NCBI GenBank assembly: GCA_964016885.1
Contig: OZ024740.1
Location: 47,182,001 to 47,246,000, forward strand
DNA length: 64,000 nucleotides
Direction: 5' to 3'
From: Eledone cirrhosa
Lineage: Eukaryota
Shown here in pieces: positions 55,657-64,000 of the stretch. A program made the translations under genes and the position numbers. Positions within the stretch are counted from its first letter, which is position 1; each line of letters begins with the position of its first letter. A model generated the notes under the pieces. It was not told the DNA's origin. It was given only the letters and a program-made list of their open reading frames with translations, and did no database searches.

Positions 55657-55804
55657 TTATTAAAATAACAGATTAAAGTTTAAGCAAAGAATCGCTGCTT
55701 TCACCGTTAATGGGATCTGATCTTCTTCTGAAATGTTTCAGAAGATCCCGCTAAGGGTGAAAGCACCGATTCTTTGCTTAAAATTTAATCTGTTAATTTA
55801 ATAA
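55657..55804. repeat. Imperfect ~60-bp-arm fold-back
   Basis: TTATTAAAATAACAG...GGGATCT / AGATCCC...CTGTTAATTTAATAA; the right arm carries a hammerhead-like ccc-gctaa-ggg-t-GAAA remnant. Confidence 0.8.
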
Positions 55805-55908
55805 ATATTTGCTCTAGGGTTCTTATATATTTGATATATATTTATCCTTATCGAGCCCTATTTGGATTTTAGTCTTCACATTTATTATTATTACTATATA
55901 TATATACA

Positions 55909-55958
<50 letters not shown>

Positions 55959-56038
55959 CGAAGGAAGTGTGGTAAGGAACCAGATGGACCATAATGCACC
56001 AGAGTACTCAATACTTAGGGTAGTAGAGTGGGTAATAA

Positions 56039-56142
56039 GAAAATGTTTAACTCCGACGGGAGAGATCAAGCTGTTTCGACGGCTATTTCTGGGAATAACT
56101 GTCGAAACGGGTTGATCTCTGCTGTCGGGGTTAAACATTTTC
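56039..56142. repeat. Imperfect ~49-bp-arm hairpin
   Basis: GAAAATGTTTAACTCCGACGG...GCTATT / AATAAC...GGGGTTAAACATTTTC; one arm is homologous to 5483-5520. Confidence 0.8.
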
Positions 56143-56300
56143 CTATATATATATATATATATATTGGTAAACGGAATAGAAAATGCTGACAAATTGTTCA
56201 CAGTTGAAAAATGGTTTAATTAGGAATAAAAGAGTATTAGTGATTGTATGGGTTAGTATTCAGCTGTGGTTTTAAGTTTTTAAGTTTTTACCGGTTGCGC

Positions 56301-56400
56301 ATTTCTAAATGCTTTTCAAAAATAATTTTGAGATAGAGTGTCCGTGTTGTTTAACACGGACACTCTATCTCAAAATTATTTTTGAAAAGCATTTAGAAAT
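56301..56400. repeat. Perfect 48-bp-arm palindrome with a 4-nt loop
   Basis: 56301-56348 is the reverse complement of 56353-56400. Confidence 0.9.
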
Positions 56401-56420
56401 TTATTATTTTTAAACGTTGT

Positions 56421-56605
56421 GGGTGGTGGGTTGGCAGTATCGGTAGGGGGTCGGACGCCATGCTTTCCAGCATAGTTACGTCCCTTTACCATCTGAGTTC
56501 AAATCCCGCAGAGGTTGACTTTGCCTTTCATCCTTACGGGGTCGATAAAATAAAGTACCAGTAATGCACTGGGTAATTGCTGGCCTTGTGCCTAAAGTAG
56601 AAACA
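56421..56605 (+). mobile_element. SINE family A
   Basis: Full length; 18-bp TSD ATTATTTTTAAACGTTGT. Confidence 0.92.
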
Positions 56606-56839
56606 ATTATTTTTAAACGTTGTCTTAGTGCTACCATCAATTATATATATATATACAAGTCATAACTTTCCATCCTTCATATAAACTCAACCCGTGGTTA
56701 TTTGATAACCTAATATACCTTCACTTTGGTATATTTGATATCTTAAACGGATGTACGGCTTTGTCTGAATATATAAAGAAGGAGAAAAAAAGATTTAGAA
56801 AGCGGGACGGAGTTATGAATAGGAAAATAAATGGAAGAG

Positions 56840-56885
<46 letters not shown>

Positions 56886-57073
56886 AATGTGATTTGAGTT
56901 TTTCGAATATTAATAATAACATTCGATTTGTTTTCAATTATGCAAACAAGCCTCAATTTTATAGCCATGTCAGTAGATTGAACACTTCATTCTTGCTCTT
57001 GTGTTGGCATGCTTACATCTTGGATGCAGTCATGGTCGAATGTTTTGATTCACGAGACCATGTATCGATCCAA

Positions 57074-57532
<459 letters not shown>

Positions 57533-57574
57533 CGTGTGTGTGTATATATATATATTATAATTACACACACACAC

Positions 57575-57617
<43 letters not shown>

Positions 57618-57657
57618 TATAATATAGATATACACACACGCACACACATACACACAT

Positions 57658-57688
<31 letters not shown>

Positions 57689-58227
57689 TATATATATATA
57701 AAGAGAGAGAGAGAGAGCGAGAGAGAGAGAGGGTGAGGTAGATAGATAGATAAATAAATAACCTACAAGCTACATGTATGACAAATCCTCCATCGCTTTC
57801 AGCGGTGAGTATGTTCAACTGAACTACCAGCTCATTAAATTAACTTGTAAGTAGCTCTATACAGTTGTTTCGAAAATGTTAAAGTCAACCGGTTTGTTAA
57901 AGCTGATCACTTGAAATGCAGATACAATCGCTCCGATATACTTCTACACAGTTTCCAACTACTTTATTTCAGTCGCACGCTTTCGTTCGATTCTAAAATA
58001 TACTTTTCCTCAGTTGGATCGATACATGCTCTCGTGAATCAAAACATTCGACCATGACTGCATCCAAGATGTATACATAAGTAAGCATGCACATACCTAC
58101 AAAACACATACAGATACGTATATAGGTACCTGCATACATACGCACATGCACACATGAATGCATACATACATTCATACATACATATATTCATACATACATA
58201 CAGACAGACAAACAAACATACATACAT

Positions 58228-59035
58228 ACATATTTACATGATAACTGCAGCACAATTTCGAGTAATGCCATTGCTTGATACTTGCTTGACGTAGCTTTTT
58301 AGTCCTGCTAGAGACTTATACAAGAAATGTCACATATCAAGCGATGCCTATGCTTGACGCATTTTCAAGTGGGGAAAGGCTTTGTACGGGGCCAATCCCA
58401 CTCTCTGAATATCGAATGCATATGCCCCAAAAGAAGAACTGGTCTACATCATTGGATGCAATCAAAGTTGCAGGTTTTATATCAGAGTGACTTTCTCATA
58501 GAGAGATGTCTTAGTGAAGACTAGGAGTCTCTCGCTCCACAAAAAAACTTTATTGGATGGCCGTTGACTCTCCTGACATAACACATACATACATACATGG
58601 TGGCTGCAAACTCTGTTAAGAGTATTGCAATCGCTTGTCAGATTACAGAAAATGGTGCACTTTTAGGCTTCGGCCAGCCACACGAACCTGAACAAACAAT
58701 GCCTGTGCTTTTAAGATTTTTTTAAGTAGGGGAAGGCCTTGCACTCGACCAATTCCACTCTCTAAGCATCGAAAAGACTACCCGAAAAGGAGAACTGGTC
58801 AACATCATCGGATGCTTCCGAAGGCGCAGGTTTTTTTTCCAGAGTTTCCCTCTCTTAGAAAGGTGTTGTGACAACTGGGGACCTTTCACTCCCAGGTGAA
58901 AAAAAAGTACTATTTGGATGGCCGTTGACCCTGCTGAGTTCCTCCGCCCTTCGCCGGGTCTTTTATTTCATCCAGCAGGGTCTCCAAATATGAACCAAGC
59001 TTGGTGGGGTTGCCGGTTTATTCGCCAACGACATA
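58228..59035 (-). mobile_element. Non-coding dispersed-repeat remnant in two partial tandem copies
   Basis: 58350-58570 and 58720-58930 are diverged direct duplicates; GC-rich head with a GACCCTGCTG/CAGCAGGGTC stem. Possibly derived from an RTE UTR. Confidence 0.5.
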
Positions 59036-60151
59036 CAAATCTAGTACTTTGAAATCAAAAACATCTTTCAACTTTTCACCATTTCTTTTTAAACGACCTG
59101 AAGCTGTATTGTTCAAGTATTAATCACATGAAAAAGCAATTGGATATTCTTACTTGGTATTCAGCAGATATTGGAATATAATTTGATTAGTTCAAATGCA
59201 CATTTGCAGGTTGTTAAGCGAGAAAAACATGAGTTCCGCTTAAAACAAAATTACCGCCTCACCATTCTGAGAATAACACATATGAGAAAACCAGTTATGA
59301 TGAAGACGGCAAGAAATGACCACCCCAAAATATTAAAGAGAATATTGTCGTTTAAACTCTCAGCCTACATCAAAACATATTATTTACAACACATTTGCTG
59401 TGCCTATCATGACACCTTTGTTTAGCCTTCTGCATTGGCCACTAGAACTTACCGAGCTGGATACAAGAACTTGAAATGTCAATATTAATGGTGATGTAGA
59501 CATATTATATTCCCCAGACAAAGGGCGGCTGTTATCTTAAATCTGTGTTAACGACAGAGAAAAATCTCAACAATTATCTCACTCGAGTTTGGGAGCATGA
59601 AAATAAAAATACGATTAGGTAGCTAATGAACTTACAAAGAGGCATGAAATCTAAGCTGATGACTTTCTCTCCAAGTAATTGTGGCATATACTAGCACGAC
59701 AAACAAAATACTAGCTCAGGAGCGCACAAATAATACATCCAAAATACAATGTCAGCTTTGTAATATTATTCAAACAATTTTACATGAACTACTCAGACTG
59801 GAACAAAGTATGATTGAACGTTGATTCCAGAATATCGATGAGAATAAAAATCCAGCAGATCTTAAACGTTAATAGGTGAATGGTTGCGGAAACGATGACG
59901 AAGAGAACAATGCATACTTTCGTTTAAAAAGAAAAAAATACAACCTTGACTTCGAAGAAATTCTAAATCTCTAATAATGATAAAAAAAACGGACATGAAT
60001 ACATTGCTAACACAATTGCATGTTATAACATCAGTATTATAAATAAATACGCTAATGTGTTTAAAATTATTCACTTTGTTTCCAACTGAAAACCCACCGA
60101 ACATGCTGTACAATAGAACACTTACACTCTCACTCACACATACACACACAC

Positions 60152-60185
<34 letters not shown>

Positions 60186-60268
60186 ATGTACATATTTACG
60201 TAAGTATTTATGCATGTTTCTCTTGTGTGTGAGTACGTTCCTACGTATTTACATATATTAATACATTG

Positions 60269-60688
60269 CAGTGGATTGGCAGTATCGGTAGAGGGTTGGA
60301 CGCCATGCTTTACAGCACAGAGTCATGGCCCTCTACGGTCAGAGTTCAAATCCCCCCGAGATTAACTTTGCCTTTCATCTTTACGGGGTCGATAAAATAA
60401 AGTACCAGTAATGCACTGGGATAATTTGCTGGCCTTGTGCCAAAAGGAGAAACAAGTATATTACACATAGAAGCGGTTGATTGGCAGTATCAGTAGAGCG
60501 GCGCACAACATTCTTTGCGACATATCGTTTCCTCCCTTTACATTCTGAGTTCAAATCTCACCGAGGTTAGCTTCGCCTTTCATCCAGACAGGGTCGATGA
60601 AATAAAGTACCAGTAACGTACTGGGGTAGATTTAATCGACTTTCTCCTCCCTCCAAATTGTTCGCCTTGTGCCAATATCAGAAACCAA
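60269..60688 (+). mobile_element. Two tandem SINE family A copies (60269-60454 and 60473-60688)
   Basis: Family homology; ATATTACACATA repeated around the second copy. Confidence 0.85.
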
Positions 60689-60703
60689 TATATTACACAT
60701 AAC

Positions 60704-60761
<58 letters not shown>

Positions 60762-60776
60762 GTTTTAATATAGATG

Positions 60777-60827
60777 AGATTCTACAGGACTAGAACTGTT
60801 TCATTCTTTAGAAATCATCAGGAATCT
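60777..60827 (-). ncRNA. Type-I hammerhead motif
   Basis: agattc-CTGATGA-t ttc taaa gaa t-GAAA-cag ttctagtc ctg-TA-gaatct. Confidence 0.75.
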
Positions 60828-60965
60828 GGCTTTCCAAAAATAAATGTTGTGGTATTTATATCTTTTCAGTTGGTAGGAGAGGGTAGCGAGTGGGATGTGT
60901 AGAGGTCATTGGTTGAAAGAAAGGGGAAATCATTAAAGCTATAATTTATATTTAGAGTGACAAAG

Positions 60966-61037
60966 TATATATATATATGTGTGTATGTATGTGTGTGTGT
61001 ATGTATGTGTATGTGTATATATATGTGTGTATGTGTG

Positions 61038-61089
<52 letters not shown>

Positions 61090-61126
61090 ATGTATGTATA
61101 TGTATGTATATATATATATATATGAA

Positions 61127-61185
<59 letters not shown>

Positions 61186-61234
61186 ATATGTGTGTGTATA
61201 TGTATATATATATATGTATATGTGTGCGTATGTA

Positions 61235-61285
<51 letters not shown>

Positions 61286-61372
61286 ATGTATGTATATATG
61301 TATGTATGTGTATGTGTATATGTGTATATATATGTGTATATGTATGTGTGTCTACGTGTATCTCTTTCTCTC

Positions 61373-61417
<45 letters not shown>

Positions 61418-61514
61418 ATGTGTGTATATGTGTGTATATGTGTGTATGTATGTATATATGTGTATATATATATATATATGTGTGTGTATATATTTATATA
61501 TATATGTGTGTGTA

Positions 61515-61553
<39 letters not shown>

Positions 61554-61582
61554 GTATATGTATATGTATATATATATATGAA

Positions 61583-61673
<91 letters not shown>

Positions 61674-61814
61674 GTGTATATGTGTGTGTATATGTATATA
61701 TATATATATTAATTGGGAGAGGAAATAGTATATATTTTATCTTGTGATTCTATAGACATGTTTTATGATATATATATATATATATATATGTATATGTATA
61801 TGTGTGCGTATGTA

Positions 61815-61857
<43 letters not shown>

Positions 61858-62032
61858 ATGTAGGTATATATGTATGTGTATGTGTATATGTGTATATATA
61901 TGTGTATATGTGTATATATATGTGTATATGTATGTGTGTTTATGTGTATATATCTCTCTCTCAATATATATATATATGTGTATATATTTATATATATGTG
62001 TGTGTATGTGTGTGTGTATGTGTGTATGTATA

Positions 62033-62101
<69 letters not shown>

Positions 62102-62112
62102 ATGTGTATATA

Positions 62113-62174
<62 letters not shown>
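60966..62174. repeat. Compound (AT)n/(GT)n microsatellite field
   Basis: Direct inspection. Confidence 0.95.
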
Positions 62175-62177
<3 letters not shown>

Positions 62178-62222
62178 TTGCGAGGTTTTTGATATGAAAT
62201 CGTGTGTCGAAACAAATATTGT

Positions 62223-62718
62223 TATACTTGGGGAGGGTCATATTTGTGTAATATTGCCAGAATTAATAACAGAACACACTCACTGTTGGGTTAGTTTTCG
62301 CTTTTCGCTTCTGTGTCTTTTATATCGGTTAATTTAATTTATTCGGTCCTCAATGTTGCCATTGACTGACCAACGGTCAAAAATACAGATACAATATAAA
62401 CACAAACACATATATATAGTTTATCGAAGTTCTTTGATGGCGTAGAAAATACAATGCAACGGAAGGAAACAATAGCACCACTGACGATGTTGCAGATGTG
62501 CAACGAAAGAACTTTGATAAACTATATATATATGTTTGTGTCTATATTGTATCTGTATTTTTGACCGTTGGTCAGTCAATGGCAACATTGAGGACCGAAT
62601 AAATTAAATTAACCGATATAAAAGACACAGAAGCGAAAAGCGAAAACCAAGCAAACAGTGAGTGTGTTCTGTTATTAATTCTGGCAATATTACACAAATA
62701 TGACCCTCCCCAAGTATA
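62223..62718. repeat. ~205-bp inverted repeat with an 80-bp spacer ending in a hammerhead-like core
   Basis: Arms 62223-62425 and 62506-62718; CTGACGA-t gttgca gatg tgcaac-GAAA at 62481-62508. Confidence 0.85.
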
Positions 62719-62720
62719 TA

Positions 62721-62781
<61 letters not shown>

Positions 62782-62785
<4 letters not shown>

Positions 62786-64000
62786 AATTAAGTTAAAGAT
62801 GTACATCCATATATGTATACTGAATTACTAGTATGTATATGAATACACACACGTATACATATGTAGATGTACCAAGTTTTTTTCACTGGTCACTTTACTG
62901 TGAGTGGCCAGCTATTCTGTATGTAAACACACAGACAAACCGGTTTTTAGAGTCATACTGGTTTTTGAGGAAACACCTTTCCTCTATTCTCCAGAAAGCC
63001 AGACAAGGAATATTGAACTAGTTTCGTTGTTGTTATAACTCATCAGCAATATTTACCTATCTTCCGGCCTCTCTAGAGAATCGTAAAAGCACATATCGTT
63101 ATATGCTTTTTCTATGATAATTAGTAGTGGGCAGACTAATTTGCATAGAGTGTGAGTAAGTACCGGTTCAACGGAGACGATAAAAACAAATAACGAACCG
63201 AAATTAAATTTCGTTTCGTTTGTAACTCACTTTTGTATGACTGACGCTTAAACAATTAAGTTAAAGATGTACATCCATATATGTATACTGAAATACTAGT
63301 ATGTATATGAATACACACACGTATACATATGTAGATGTACCAAGTTACGATTCTCTAGAGAGGCCGGAAGATAGGTAAATATTGCTGATGAGTTGTAACA
63401 ACAACGAAACTAGTTCAATATTCCTTGTCTGGCTTTCTGGAGAATAGAGGAAAGGTGTTTCCTCAAAAACCAGTATAACTCTAAAAACCGGTTTGTCTGT
63501 GTGTTTACATACAGAATAGCTGGCCACTCACAGTAAAGTGACCAGTGAAAAAAACTTGGTACATCTACATATGTATACGTGTGTGTATTCATATACATAC
63601 TAGTATTTCAGTATACATATATGGATGTACATCTTTAACTTAATTGTTTAAGCGTCAGTCATACAAAAGTGAGTTACAAACGAAACGAAATTTAATTTCG
63701 GTTCGTTATTTGTTTTTATCGTCTCCGTTGAACCGGTACTTACTCACACTCTATGCAAATTAGTCTGCCCACTACTAATTATCATAGAAAAAGCATATAA
63801 CGATATGTGCTTTTACGATTCTCTAGAGAGGCCGGAAGATAGGTAAATATTGCTGATGAGTTGTAACAACAACGAAATTAGTTCAATATTCCTTGTCTGG
63901 CTTTCTGGAGAATAGAGGAAAGGTGTTTCCTCAAAAACCAGTATGACTCTAAAAACCGGTTTGTCTGTGTGTTTACATACAGAATAGCTGGCCACTCACA
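62782..64000. mobile_element. Retrozyme-like insertion: 468-bp unit, tandem plus inverted, three hammerheads; runs off the window
   Basis: About 1.2 units at 62782-63345, then more than 1.4 inverted units. Hammerheads at 63009-63053 (-), 63378-63422 (+) and 63846-63890 (+). Homologous to 47432-48257. Confidence 0.85.

Noticed and set aside
62180-62228. Possible hammerhead TTGATATGA...GAAACAAATATTGTT
   Set aside because: Core and stems I and II are too degenerate to support a call.
60957-62241. YIYI/CVCV ORFs (also at 4.2-5.9, 32.6-33.1 and 56.8-57.8 kb)
   Set aside because: Dinucleotide-repeat artefacts.

Overview
Eukaryotic, AT-rich, microsatellite-dense DNA that is intergenic or intronic. 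The SINE families and repeat content suggest a coleoid cephalopod (octopus-like); this is an inference. No host gene can be called confidently, and nearly all track ORFs are microsatellite artefacts. Recognisable content: decayed RTE and L1/Tx1 LINEs, two Penelope-like (GIY-YIG) retroelement remnants, about 15 copies of a ~190-bp tRNA-derived SINE, a second SINE family, MITEs, a non-autonomous Helitron, and an 8.5-kb array of a 41-bp unit (consensus carries the palindrome TGACGTCA) ending in a Helitron-type 5' terminus. The most notable signal is RNA-structural: about 16 minimal type-I hammerhead ribozyme motifs from several unrelated families. Six belong to a non-coding retrozyme-like family (~468-469-bp unit at two loci, plus a divergent relative) with compensatory stem changes, a conserved octamer 80-95 nt upstream of the ribozyme, longer-than-unit permuted inserts and a target-site duplication. 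Many hammerhead-bearing inserts are fold-backs that share one polarity, suggesting twin-primed reverse transcription of circular or multimeric ribozyme RNAs by Penelope-type machinery.
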